Origin: Chromera velia
Taxonomy: Eukaryota
Direction of reading: 5' to 3'
Assembly: GCA_018398765.1 (NCBI GenBank)
Contig: JAHBMJ010000214.1
Location: 1-53,782 of the forward strand
DNA: 53,782 nt
The notes under the pieces are model-generated. The model saw nothing but the letters and a program-made list of their open reading frames with translations, was not told where the DNA came from and made no database searches. A program made the position numbers and the translations under genes. Shown in pieces: positions 11,438 through 24,625 of this stretch (positions within the stretch are counted from its first letter, which is position 1; each line of letters begins with the position of its first letter).

Positions 11438-12574
11438 TTAAAAAATAGTAAATAATAACTCACCCCCCATATTAATAGTTTGGGCATGCTGTCAATGGAT
11501 TAAGCCTTTGGACGATGATAAAATTACTAGACCAAAAGGGAATTTACGGTTTAAAGTGTGCAATTGCCGTGCTCGAACATGCGGGTGTTTAGTGATCGTA
11601 CTTAATTGTTTAATTTTTATATGGCTAAGGGTTTTTAAGGAAAATCGGGCATCAAATTCTATTACAATAAAACTTTTATGCTCACCCGTAAATCAAGTTA
11701 TTTCTCTCATAAATGGTCACTGCTTTAATATTTTCAATCATTGATAAGTTTTATATGTTGCAGGTAAGAAACAAAACCTTTGATGATTAATGAGTGAGTT
11801 TCTAAAGAGTGTACAAAAATTGGCTAAACTATCTTTAATCAAAGGATTTTGTTGACGCACTTTCGTGGTAATCAACGTGTGAATTTCCTCAGGCTCTTCT
11901 AACATCTGTTGCTTATCCAAGTATTGTTTCTTTTTACCGGAAAGTGGTGGCGATTTAGGAGGTCATAAAGAAGCCTCTCTTAATTTTCTTGCAAGAGAAA
12001 AATTGCGAAACGCAACGGAGGAAAGATCTCCAGTTGTTTTTTTGGTGGCTTTCACCTTATATTGTGTAAAAAAATAACTTGGAAACGAATATCGTGCAAA
12101 CGGTAAAAGAACTGGTAACCAAAAAGGCGAATCCTTAACAGTTATACATCGTTTCTGTATTTTCAGGTTCTTTTTGCTATTACGCTTGTGATAGGTTCGG
12201 TTTTGTAACGCTCAGAACATCGCTTGAGTTAAATAGGAAAATTCAGTCATGTATTTGCGATTCAAGAATCTGTAAGCAATTTGATACGCTCATAAGGGGT
12301 AAGCTAAGACAAAGCCTTCTCCTGCTGATGTTAATGACCGCACCCGACGTGCGGAAAAAGGTTGAAAACTTCTAAGATACCAACGCGAGCTCTTACGACT
12401 TAAAGAAGTATTAAGTTGTAGGCACGGATGTCTATATAAAGTTTTGGGGGTGCCTCCAGCCCCAAAATAGAAGCGCTTTCTTCTAGATCTCACGAATTTT
12501 CGCTTTTTCGACAAAAATTTTTTAAAGATGGGATTCTTTCTATAAAAAAGGGATGAGATACGAGGAAAAAACAT
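11438..12574 (-). CDS. rps8: Ribosomal protein S8 with about 245-aa basic N-terminal extension (378 aa)
   Basis: S8 core from IKDSLANFCTLFRNS to LSSSKGL..A....GGELLFTIF. ORFs 12290-12586 and 11738-11920 are one continuous frame with TGA=Trp. Confidence 0.85.
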
Positions 12575-12645
12575 AGAAAGTTCCAAGCGCTATTATCACA
12601 TCACGTTTAATACAAAGTTAAAGCTGGACATCTTAGTTGAAGGAA

Positions 12646-13194
12646 TTAAAGATCATCAAAAAAAAAGAACCCAAAAAGCTCAAGTAACCTACGACTACTT
12701 GCATGCGTAGCATGAATGTGAATTGAAATATCTAAGCCGTTGGAATCATTTGAATCGATATTTGTTAATTCGGGAAAGCATTTTTGATTTTTAATGCCAA
12801 TATTTAAATTTCCTTGCTCGTCAAAACTACTTAAACCCAACCCTTTGTAATTAGGTACTTGTGGAAATATAACATGGTATAACTTTTCTAAAAAAGTAAA
12901 CATACGTTTACTGCGTAGAGTGACTTTCATACCTATAGGCATGTTTTTTCGCACTCGAAAGGTCGAGACAGATTTTTTTGCATACGTTAAAATAGGTTTC
13001 TGTCCGGTAATTTGTTGCAGCTCATTTAATGCTTTTTCAAGTGTTTTTTTATCAGTTAATTTGATACCAAGTGATCTATGAACAATAATCTTTTTAATAG
13101 AAGGAATTTGTACCGCATTTAATTTTAATAAATTGCGATACTGAGGGACAATATAGCGTTTATAAAGCGACTTAAAGTCAGGTAACCCTTTCAT
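12646..13194 (-). CDS. rpl5: Ribosomal protein L5 (182 aa)
   Basis: ITGQKPILTYAKKSVSTFRVRKNMPIGMKVTLR, SFDEQGN. Confidence 0.97.
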   Translation of the reverse strand: MKGLPDFKSLYKRYIVPQYRNLLKLNAVQIPSIKKIIVHRSLGIKLTDKKTLEKALNELQQITGQKPILTYAKKSVSTFRVRKNMPIGMKVTLRSKRMFTFLEKLYHVIFPQVPNYKGLGLSSFDEQGNLNIGIKNQKCFPELTNIDSNDSNGLDISIHIHATHASSRRLLELFGFFFFDDL

Positions 13195-13327
13195 AATGTT
13201 GAAACAAGAATTTCCGCTTCTTACCTAATGCAACCGCACCGCAATCAGTAAAAGAACTTACTTCATTGGGGCGCCAGCCTAGAAATGTTCCTGCTTTTAT
13301 TAAAAAATTTTCAAATCAAAACATCTT

Positions 13328-13696
13328 CTAAATAATATCTGGCGCAAGTGAGATAATGCGAGCAAAATCTTTGCCCCTAAGCTCAGATGCTACAGCACCA
13401 AATATTCGAGTACCTATCGGATTCTTACGATCATCAATCACTACAATTGCATTATCCTCAAATTTTACATATACATTGTTCTTGCGTTTTTGTTTTTTTC
13501 GAGTCCTTACTACAACGCCTTTAACAATACTCGAAGTTTTTATCTTGGCTTTAGATTGAGCATAAGACTTTAATACTACAGTAGTAATAACATCGCCGAC
13601 TTCTGCTCTTTTTTTATTATTAAATAAACCAATGCATTTTACCCTTAACGCCCCGCTATTATCGGCAACTTTTAAAATAGTATTTACCATAATCAT
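13328..13696 (-). CDS. rpl14: Ribosomal protein L14 (122 aa)
   Basis: LKVADNSGA, FEDNAIV, PIGTRIFG, IISLAP. Confidence 0.98.
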   Translation of the reverse strand: MIMVNTILKVADNSGALRVKCIGLFNNKKRAEVGDVITTVVLKSYAQSKAKIKTSSIVKGVVVRTRKKQKRKNNVYVKFEDNAIVVIDDRKNPIGTRIFGAVASELRGKDFARIISLAPDII

Positions 13697-13775
13697 AATT
13701 CTTTCATATCGCTTCTGTCATTATCTAAATAAAACTGATCAATCCCTAAATAGCCCAATTATTAAGCATGTGTAT

Positions 13776-14399
13776 TTAGAACATGAAGTTATTCATACAA
13801 TCCTTCCTTGCTGTTAGTTTTTGAAGCAAAAACTTATATCATTTATCGATATTAAGCTTATCAAATGTGTAATTGAGGTTGGAATGGGTTTGATTGTTAC
13901 GCGGAATCTTAACCCACTGCATTTTTCATTTTTCTCAAGGTTGCGCAACATCCATATAACGTGATTTAGATAAAAAAAATCTTAACTTAACATATCTAAG
14001 AGGTTGATAGCGCGCCAAATACCATAAATATCAAACGGGATATAATCCAAAGCCCGAAAAATAGCTGGCACTAAAATTGCGAAATCTATAACACAGTTTA
14101 ATTCGAATCAAACGTTTTTGAATCTTAGCTTGTGCACGTTTGATCCTATATTTCCTTTGCTTAGGGCAGGGATAAACATTACAAAATAAAATAAAATGTT
14201 TATACTTACTTTTAGGCCTAGTTTGCCGACCCAATACCACATCCCCAAAATTAACCTCTTGGCGTGGATCATGAATTAAAAATTTTCTATAGGTTATTCG
14301 AGATTTTAATAAAAATGGGTTTTTTATTTCATGAGGCATAAACAGTTTAAACGTATTAGGGGTGCTCTTTTTCAAGACAAACCCAATTTTCAAATACAT
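13776..14399 (-). CDS. rps17: Ribosomal protein S17 with about 125-aa C-terminal extension (207 aa)
   Basis: KFLIHDP..V..GDVV...TRPKSKYK S17 signature. Lies between rpl16 and rpl14. Open through TGA to TAA at 13776. Confidence 0.85.
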
Positions 14400-14487
14400 T
14401 TGGCAACACGTGTACGATCAGCTATCTCTAAAAAAATTTATAGTAGGTCAGTTTTACTATGTTTTAATTTATTAAATGTCGTTATCC

Positions 14488-14937
14488 TTACGAGGGTTTA
14501 AACACGATACATGTAGTCGTGGGAAGTTTAAAGGCCGCAGACCTCAAGGCTTTTAACGCTACCCCAATCCGCACTTTAGGTAATTCCAACAAAACCGTAC
14601 CAGATTTTAATGGAGCCACTCAGCCTTCTACAGAACCTTTACCACAACCCATACGTGTATTTAACCCTTTTTTCGTTTTACTTCAATGAGCAAAAACATG
14701 TATTTTTACTTTACTAATCTTTTTGAGTTTTCGATTAATGACACGTCTGGCAGATTCAATTTGATTTGGGGAACAATTATGACCCTGACTTAATTGCAAA
14801 TACATAGATGTCTTTACGGGAGCCTGTGTCTTGACAAACCATGGCGAAAGACTTACTAAAGTTTGGCGAACCCTAGTTTTGACAAATTTAAATCTTTGGT
14901 ACTTTTTATATTTAGTACGTTTCGGTGTTAAGATCAT
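14488..14937 (-). CDS. rpl16: Ribosomal protein L16 (149 aa)
   Basis: PKRTKYKKYQR, QIESARR, TRMGCGKGSVEGW(TGA)VA, AAFKLP. Confidence 0.97.
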
Positions 14938-15037
14938 AAATTAACATAAACGGTATAATCACATGAACACGAATACTTGGTTATAGTTCCTTGCATCCAA
15001 AAACGGATCGACATTGCCAAGTCGGGTCTATCCGCCA

Positions 15038-18000
15038 TTATGAAATGGTATAAGTAGAAACTTTAACGCCAAGTATACCCTGTTTGGTTTTTCAGGGCAA
15101 AGAAGCGTAACCTATCTGATCTGTTAGGGTATTTTTGGGTATGTTCCCTTTAAACCCAACGGCCAATTTTGTAAGCTTCGAGCGATCTGCTTTTTTACTT
15201 AAGCGGCCAGAAATTTTAATCAGAATGTCCGACATGATAGCAAGTCCCACACCTGCGGCCGCATTATACGCTCTTCGTTGTTCATTGACCTGAATTTGCA
15301 ATTCTCTTCCCACTCTTCTATAGGACATTCTATTACGTAGAGTAAAACCTACTTCATGATTAATTGCTACAGGATGTAAAAATGACATTTTAGTTTTTAA
15401 GTGTGAAATTTTTATGAAAATATTGGTTTTAAATTTGTACTCCATGTAAAACTTTCATTGAATAAATCGCCTAATAATCCGGGATCACTGGGTCCTAGCT
15501 AAAGTACCCCTTAATTTTACGGCTCAGGTCTCGAGTTTGGGCCCGATCTGATTCATATTTAACATTATATATTCTCAAAAATGTTGGTCTAATAACTGTA
15601 TTGTTCGAAAATTCAGACTTGGGGTATTGATTCGGAACTTTCTGACGTTTTCTCGCGCTTTTAATCTAGCTTTGTAAAAGTATCTGCGTTTAAAACGACG
15701 TTTCATTTTATATTGCACTAATGTTGTAGGCATCCGGAATGCCAACGGCACACTAATAACTTTAAGATACTTTTTACTTTTCTTAGCGGGCTTTCATGCC
15801 GCGTTACCTAACCCTGTTTTTCTTCCGAAAGAACGATGAAATACTGGGTTCTTATGGTATTGACGTTTAAGCAGCAAGCCGATGTGTCACGATCCTAAAA
15901 ATTTTAGTTTCCGGGGTGCAACCGGTTTTAACGAAATCATCTGAACTTGAAGTTTTCGTTGTAATCTTGTATAAATAACTTGGAGGTTTGTAGTAATAGA
16001 TGTATGATAAAGATCCTTACTTAAATTAAGAACCATTAAACGCCGAAGCATCTGATAAAATTTTCAAACAATAGACGTCCAGGTGGTCACGGGATACCAA
16101 AAACCTAGCGGATCTCAAGCATACCGAGGACTGTTTAAGATGGCTAGAGGAAATCAGGTTGGTTTATGTTGTTTCCCTTGATGGCCTAATTGACTTAAGA
16201 TAATTTTACAAAAAGGTGGGACCGTAGTTGAGCTCATACACCTAGGGGTTTTTTGTACATAAAAAGGACGGCTTGTTAGTCAAGTCCTAAAGTTTAACTT
16301 AGTTTTTTGTTCCAACAAAGGGTGAAAATATTCAATAGTTTCTAACGTACTAACCACTCACCCTCTTGGATCCCTTCCCCTCATTAAATATCGGTTCAAC
16401 CAAATCATTAAAAGTTTGTTTAAATATTTTCGATGTTTAGACTTAGCTTTGGGACCTCACCTAAGTTTATACAACTTGAGGATACCAACCGGAGGCCTCC
16501 ACCCATTGAAAATTAAAATATTTCTGCCGGTTTCATTTCCACTAAGCACTAGCCTTGGTAAATGTGTTACAACGTGGTGCCAGTGAAGCACAACACGCTT
16601 TTGAGGTAATGTTAATACCATCACATCCGCTCAGAGAAAAAGTTGCTCTACGTCAAGGTCTTGATGACTTACCCCTAAAAAATAACGCGTGACTTGACAA
16701 ACTTTTACAGAACCCATTCACAAAAAATTTTGTGATCACAACTCATCGTTACATAATTTCACAAGGATAAAATCAATTTTTAGGCGAAATCCAACTCAAG
16801 GCAAAACGTTTTGTTTTTTCATACATAAGATAAATTTAGATCAAAAAAACCTTCCTACATATTTAGCCCTCGAAGCTAAATAAATCAGTAACGATAAAGG
16901 CACCTCAGCTTTTCGACTCGTCAGAGAAGAAAAATATAGCTTTTTAAAATAATAAAGAGAAGTTTGGAGATAAAACTTTCTTATGTTAAAAATCTCACTC
17001 TTTAGCCCAATGAGCGGTCGTAGGTTTCACACCAAATAATGGGCCAGGGTGAGCGGATTAACATATGCGAATTGAAAAGTAGAGACACCTCGAGAACAAC
17101 TTGACTGAATAGCGCCAACTCAAAAACTAGGCAAATTTTCATACGCACTTTTAGAATCAAATTTTCATCATGATTCTCTAGTTAAACGAAGACACGGACT
17201 TAGGTCTTGATCCACAACATTTTTTTCATCCAACACTTTTTTAGATGAACAAACTTTGAAATTTAACTGCGTAAAGATAAGCCAATTACTTGTGAATCCA
17301 GGATGGAGTCTTCTTTCTCAAAAATAATAACAAAAGAATAGGGATCCGAGTTTTCTAAGAATTTTCATTGGTAATGTTAATACAGCTTGGGATTGTGCCA
17401 CTAATCAATAATCACGACAGGAACGTAGTCTGAAATGAAATCTATGGATTCAGTATCGAGACTTGTCTAGATTCGACTCTGGACCTTTTTTTAAACAAAT
17501 TGTTTTAGAGCAAGCTTCACTGAACCACCAACTTGGCCCAAAAATAAACCATAGTGACTTGCCGATTTTCGCCCGAGCCATTTTACCACCTAAAAGATTA
17601 GGAACCAGAACCTGTCTCAAGTTTAAGGCAGCAATTTTTTTAGCGGAAAGTGGTAACGCATTATGAAGTTTTACTATGTTATGCATCATTAAACACGGTT
17701 TAAGCCGCTTGAATATAGGGCCCTTGAAGGCACCTTGCTTTTTCGATAGGGCCTGTAACTTAAATACATACTGTAAAAGTGTCTTTTTGGATACCTGAAG
17801 TAAGACTCGATGTTTAGCTTGGAACTTTCCTGCGAGCGGAGTAGTTCTGGAAAACCTAGGATTGTTGAAATTTCTTGGGGTACCAAGAACTAAACTTTTC
17901 TGACTTTTACGTACAAACATCTCATGTGCAAAACTACCAGACCTAAAAGGAGCTAACTTTCCTTTTAACCCTTTCAATTCTTGGGTGGATGACACAAGTT

Positions 18001-18112
18001 TGGTTCTATGGTCAGGGAAAAAAACAATATCAGATTTCATTCTGGATACAAAGAACCACCTAGATCACAAATTACGGCTAAAAAGTTCAAATTTTTTTCT
18101 TGTACTAGGCAT
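15038..18112 (-). CDS. rps3: Giant ribosomal protein S3 (1024-aa frame)
   Basis: C-terminal S3 domain (IKISGRL, G.IP..TL...I.Y, KTKQGILGVKV) directly upstream of rpl16. Possible S3 N-terminal motif MKKQNVLPWVGFRLK at 16822. No TAA/TAG from ATG 18112 to TAA 15038. Confidence 0.85.
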
Positions 18113-18121
18113 AATGTCAAG

Positions 18122-21100
18122 TTAATATTTTTGATGACTTTCAAATTGTGTACCGCTTATAACGCAAGCTTTAGCATCTTGAATTCAGTCAACCTGATTT
18201 CATAATGAGGCTTTTATTAACGTTGCTGTTACTAGTCGAGCACTATATCCCCCGAGAACCCCATTTGCCAAGAGAGTTATCCTCGACATTCCTAAAACTA
18301 AAGGGACTACAAAACAAAGTTTAAATCCTAACTCGCCATAACTACGATTGAGTACTTGAGCTTCAGCCGAGGTTAAAATATCTGTTAGTTCTAAATTGGT
18401 ATCGCCCGGATCAAGTACACGCACCACCGAACTCATTTTTCGCACTAAAAATTCATAGTGCATATAAGGTAAAAAAATTCCACTTCGTTTGTATTGATCA
18501 ACTAACGATTCCAAAATAATCGTCTGTAAATAATGTTGCGAATATTTAAGACTTATAAATAGTGTTGAAAAGTTATAGTGACTATAAAACCTTTTTATGA
18601 CCATGGTTTGAAAATTAAGTGTTTCTGGTACAATATTATCTCCACCTTTCACAATTTCGGTTGGGTTTGGGAGCAGTGTATCAAGATTAGATAGGTGACA
18701 AGGAAGCGTAAAATAATTTCATGTGATCGGTCTGCTAAACGAATCGTTAAAGTGCTCATTTTTTAATAGTGAAAGTCGAGACTCTTTATGAATACTTTTT
18801 TGATCCTGATGGTTTCAAACTCTTTCTGCTAGGTGTTTCTCTGCCACTTTACAAGCATAAACGACTTTTAAAGCTTTTGACATTGATGCTGACCCTTTAG
18901 GTAATGTTCTCAGAAACTTGTATATGGGTTTTATAAATTTAGAGTAAGCCTTGGGGGTTTTTCTGTTTAACGCAGGAAAAGTTTTATTATTATCAGTTCA
19001 ATACCCTTCAGAAACTCCCGTATGTCTCAAATTTTGAACAAAATTATTTAACTGCTTACATTCATGACTATGAGAAGACTTTTGTGTTAGTGGATAAAGG
19101 TTTCTTCACTTCAACAGATTATCTATCTGGACTCGTCGCTGGAACTTTAATATAGGATACGATATTCAATAACCTTCGCTAGTAATCTGCCCGTTGATAA
19201 AACTATGTTCGGGTCTTAACTGATTATAGGATAATAACAATGTTTTTTTATATAACTTGTTATCCTTATCTTTTCATACATACCTAGTATTGTAAAAACA
19301 AAAATGAGTTTTTAACCATAACTCTCAAATCTGGTACCTATGCAACATCACTAACTTAGGATAATATCAAGTAAAAGGTTTAGCAGTTAATGTTTTTAAC
19401 CAAGAAAATTCTATTGTATCTTCTCCAATTAGGAAATTTACTAACTTTGAACCATAGACAAAATCTAAAGGATTGTAAATTTTGTTTCATCTTTGAAGTT
19501 TATTTCAGAAGAGCCGATTCAGAGAGTAGGTTAATAAGTTTTTAATTTCACTTATAAGCGATTGCGAACAGCTGAGATTTTTTAATTTTACATACAGTTC
19601 AAACTTACTAAGATCTTTTCCTAGGTACCGCAAAGAAGCTCGCATCTGCCTAAGTTTTAAACGAATTTTAGGAAGGTTGCTTGGGTCAACTTGTTCTTGT
19701 AACCAGCCTAAGTAAGAATAACTTCGTTGAATTCGATTAGCTACATTATCAGCTTTTCTCGTGCGTAGATAAATTTTAACGTTCTCTCGTGGTTTTCGAT
19801 CTACAACTTGTTTTAAAAAATCACTTCCACTCAATGGTACTTTTTCTGCCGTGGGTGAAGCTACAACTATCTCGTTCTTAGGATTTTGATCTATGACCTT
19901 AGCAGGAGGACATATATTTAGGCTTGAGACTCCTGGGTTCGGCAGCTTTTCATGGACAATACTCTTGAATTGAACGCGAGTCGAAACAAAATTTCTTGCA
20001 TTTTTTGTTGTTGGGAGTTGTCGAGTAGAAAATAATTTGATCTTCTTGTTGTTTCTGTTTATACTAAACGTTTGTGATATAGTGTTTGGCTCATGTAACG
20101 TATCCGAAGCTCCTTTCCTTTGGTCTTGATTTTTGAAAGCGTGATAAAATTTCGACATTTTAGACGTAGATCTTTTTTCCGGAAGGAAACCCACTATGCG
20201 CTTCGCCTTAACTTCTAGTTGGTGACGTTTAGCTTTTAGCTTGTCAACCTGCTTCATTTTACGAACTTTGCTTCTAGTGACACCTTGAAATGCTCCCGAA
20301 GGTCAATTCTTAGAATCCTTTACAGTCCTTTTTAAAGACTTAAGCATTTCTTTACTGCGACCCTTCGGGAACATAAGATCTTTCGATAGCCTACTTTGGC
20401 CGACAAAATTATTTCAGGTCTGCGTTGGTTTCCGTGGAGTAGAGAATATTTTATTTTGACTGTTTAACGTCTCTTGACACCTTGAACTCCTTAGTAGTAT
20501 CACTTTACTTGTGTACTTCGGACCACTTACGACTTCTTTACAGTTTAATTTCTGGCCTGAAACTTGTGCCACTTTCTCAGATTTTCATCTCGAAAAGCTC
20601 TGTTTTGAGTTTTTATAACCTTTATCTTTTGGCAATATAAATTTACCCTTCGACAGCCCCAATTGCTGGGGAGTATAGTCTGACTTAGCGTTTATTTTAA
20701 AGGGCAATTTTTTCTTTTTTGTGGGTTTTCTTTTACGTTTAGCGATCCCAACTTTACTGTCACCATCAGATCTAGAAGACAAACCTTCCTTCCTTAAAGA
20801 CTTGCTAGAATTCAACTTTAGAACCATTTGTGAAGAGGCTTTGACATCAGGCTCCACAGGGCCGAAGGACTGTTTTGATCCGCCCTTGTCCTCATTATCG
20901 CCAGTCAACGAGATTCCTTCTTGCTCATGAACCCAAGGTATAAATAAATCTAAAAACTGTCTAAAACTTTGTGTATTTATTAAGAGGTGAATCTTTCCAG
21001 ATTCATCTTTCTGCAAATGCTTATACTTTAATGGAAGACTTCACATAGCATTTTTTAGGACGAGTTTATATCTTTGATAGTCAGGGATTTCAGGCCAGCA

Positions 21101-24100
21101 AGACGTTTTGTGGGGAGTTGAAAATAAAAACCCTACCGTAGTGCTGAAAGATTTCAAAATAAACGAGTCGTGAACGATTTTATCATTTCAGATTTTAGGG
21201 CATACTAATTTTTTTATTCCCGAAGGTTTTAATAAAAGAGCTAATTGAAGACTGTTTTTGAATATACTACTACTTTTTTGGACCTTGAGTTGATTAGGCG
21301 TAAAGATACTAAGTCAAAGAGGAAGTGCTTCTGGTGAAACAGTCCATATATGGGGGCATCAGTCTGTCACTAAGCCAGTAACATCTGTCACTATAGACTC
21401 GGTACGGCTTTGCCGGGCTTCTACTACATTATCCATGTAACGTAAACCAGCGATTATATCAAAAGTTTTTTCGGGAGCGTCATAAGAAAAGTAATGCTTA
21501 TTGTGATTCCCACCTTCCCAAGGTATATAAGCTAAATAAGGTCAGTTACTTGGAAATGTTCAGGTTTTTAATGCTTTTAAGAAAGATCCTTGATTTTTAA
21601 CAAGTTTGCGTAACCCAGGAGAGCTTGCACTATTAAAATTAGCAACCCATCCGTATATATAAGTTTGAAAAATACCTTCATTTTCTCAAGAAGTTCACAT
21701 TAGTTTAGGAGAAAAGGTTAATTGAGGGTAAATTGACTTTTTATCGCAGTCCTTTTTCATTAAGTGTTGTCACGTGGGCTGCATATTTTGAGGCAGACCT
21801 TTCTCACACTGGCAAAGTTTTGGTACCACTTGTATAATTTTAAAATAATTCATATTTTGAATGCGTTCATTACTTCGGCTTGGTGTCGCTAAGCCTAATC
21901 AAATCTTAGCCTCTATAATAGTTAAGGGTTCCATATAATCACAATTTTGAGGAATGGATAAACGGTTCCCCGAATCTCCCATTACTAAACCCCCTGGACT
22001 AAATTTCCGCAGTTGGAATCTTTGAGTTAAACTATTGAAGGTGTAAGTTCTTGATTCTTTACTTTGCGATGTTCCCATACACCAGGTACCGGGCGTCATA
22101 CGGCGATAGTTTGCGCAAATAGACATTGGTACCTGATGCCCGAGAAAAAGTAGACCTTCAGGCTCCTCCGAGGTTCATCGATTAGAACCCTTAGTTTCAA
22201 TTGATTGTTGATTAACATTGGATATCGCTTCCGGTATGATTTCACTTTGCGATTGCACTCACAACCAAAACCATTTATGAAAAGCAAATGTTCACGAATT
22301 AAATATTTTTTTGCGGTAACTTAAAGTCAAATTATTTCGGTAGTGTAAACTATGGAGTCTAAAATTTAAAGATGAATGACCGTCCAAAATACACCAGGGT
22401 TTCTTTGTAGTGATCTTTAAAGGCGTTAAGATGTTTTCTGACCTTTGGGTGAAAAGATCAGACGTTGAGAGCTTCAAATAATTATAATAATAGAAAAGAT
22501 ACGCCAATGGGAATCAACCGACATTACGTTTAATTGACACGAAGTGTGAAGCCCAAGCCTTATGGTAGGGTCTTTGTTTAAAAGGATTTAAAGCATTAAT
22601 TGTTCCTTGCTTAAAACTTAAGCGTTTAGAAGACTTTTGTCTAAAAATCTCATAAGACAATGTTCAAGAACTAGCATAATAAAATTCTCAACTGAGCCCT
22701 GTTGTACGATCTGGTAAGTATAAGTGCTTGTCTTCCTGGCCAATTTGAAACGCGTTATTTAAAGTAATGCCTCTATATGCGTGACGTTTATTAGACCCGT
22801 CCACGAGATTTTTAAATGTAACATTAATCAGATGCGCACACGTTTTAGCATTACTCGTATTTTTGATTAAACCTGCTAAATTAGGGACGAAAAGTAATTC
22901 TTTGGGATAGGTCGTAAGACCCCCTTCCAAAATTCCATAGCGTTTTCAAAACACTCCTGGTTTTGAGAGTATACTTAAGCATATATTCTCGAATTTAATG
23001 GCTTGTGACTGAGTTGCTTCTAAATGTGTCTCGCCAAAAAGTTGGTCACTATGATAAGTCAAATTCCAGGCACGGAGCGAAGGGCTACTTGGCACACTAT
23101 GGGTAGTCATCAGACGACTTTGCGTAGAGACCCCTATGCCCCATCCTTTTGGTCAATAAGGTAAAGGGCCTGTTACTGATCCTTTTTCCACATCAGACAG
23201 GGAAATAAAAGCACCGTATTCATTTGTCAGAGTTAAATATAAGTTACTAGGACGCACCTTAAATTGTAACCTACTTAACCAGTCAGGAATCCGTGGATCG
23301 AAAGACGAGGAGGGGAGTCTAACAAGGAGATCTAAAAATCTTTGGAGCCATTGTGTGGTTACAGACGCAATATAAGCTCTTTTCTTTTTATACTTAAATG
23401 ATAGAGAATTATTAGCTGGCCAAATGTTATGCTGGGTATATGGAGTTCTTGTATCGGTTTGCTCCAAACCTAATAAATCAAATATTTCTTCTTTGAGCAC
23501 AACACCCCCACTATGAAATGTTCTCAGAACCATTTGAGTACAAGGTTCTCCCACACTTTGCCCAGCTAAAATCCCAATGTTCGTCGTAATCCGGTGGAGT
23601 TGGTCTTTACTTTTGAAACATAAGCCACAGCAAGCTTGACACAAATTAGTAAATCCTCAACATGTCAACGGAGATTTAACATCCAAAAATTCAGCATAGA
23701 GCAATTGCTTTAAAACCAACTTGGTATTCATACGATTTAAAACCGTGTTTCGGCTACAAAGAATTTGGCCGGTTTTTTTATGCATTATAGAGTTAGTTAT
23801 TAGTTTACCGTATAAAAGTAAAAAATCTAATGGCCTACAACTTCCTTGAATCCGGTTTCCTGCTGAAACTTTTAAATAAAAGCGACTGAAACACTGTTCT
23901 TCTTTAATCTTAAAATTATAACTAACTTCTATAAATCGCCTAGTCAAATAGCCTGCGTCCGCTGTTCTTAACCCCGTATCGACAACACCTTTACGGGCCC
24001 CATAAGAGGCTAAAAAGTATTCGAAAGGTTGAATTCCCTCATAAAAGTTATCCATTACCGGTAAACTTCCAATAATCCCTCGAGCATTAGCTGTAAATCC

Positions 24101-24538
24101 TCTAAAGTCAATAATTTGTCGAAGTTGTAAAGGGGTTCCACGGGCCCCCGTCTTTGACATTAAATTAATAGAGGAAGGAAGAATATGTTCTCAACTCGTA
24201 ATATTAAGTAAATTCTTTAAAAATTCTGTACGATCCTCGTAGAAGTTCTGCATATAATAGGCCATATAATCGTGACTGCTTTTGTAACCCTTAATCCCTA
24301 ATAGTAATCCACGATTCGGATCTGTACTTAATGTATCTTCGATTAATTTAGCCCCAATCGATACTTCTAAATCATCTAAATTTATTGAAACAAGATCGCG
24401 TGTACTGTATTCAAACCCCAAAGACATCATATCCTGTAAGTATTGTGGAGCACTTTCTTCCCCCCCGTAATGTTTTAAAAGTAAAATTAAATTTTCTACA
24501 TGCTGTTTGGCTTTTAGATTATTCATAAGTAAAATCAT
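18122..24538 (-). CDS. rpoC2: RNA polymerase beta'' subunit (about 2138 aa, large insertions)
   Basis: TGARG, YGARKGVVDTGLRTADAGYLTRR, CQACCG, AGQSVGEPCTQMVLRTFHSGG, DIIAGL...EAR, VDWIQDAKACVISG. The TGA-bounded ORFs share one frame; most but not all gaps were read through. Confidence 0.92.
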
Positions 24539-24625
24539 CGACTAAAAAATATTATTTTCAAATGACTTTCTTACAGAAATGCTTGTTTTGACAAAAATGT
24601 TCTATCAAGGCGTCACTAAGAATAT

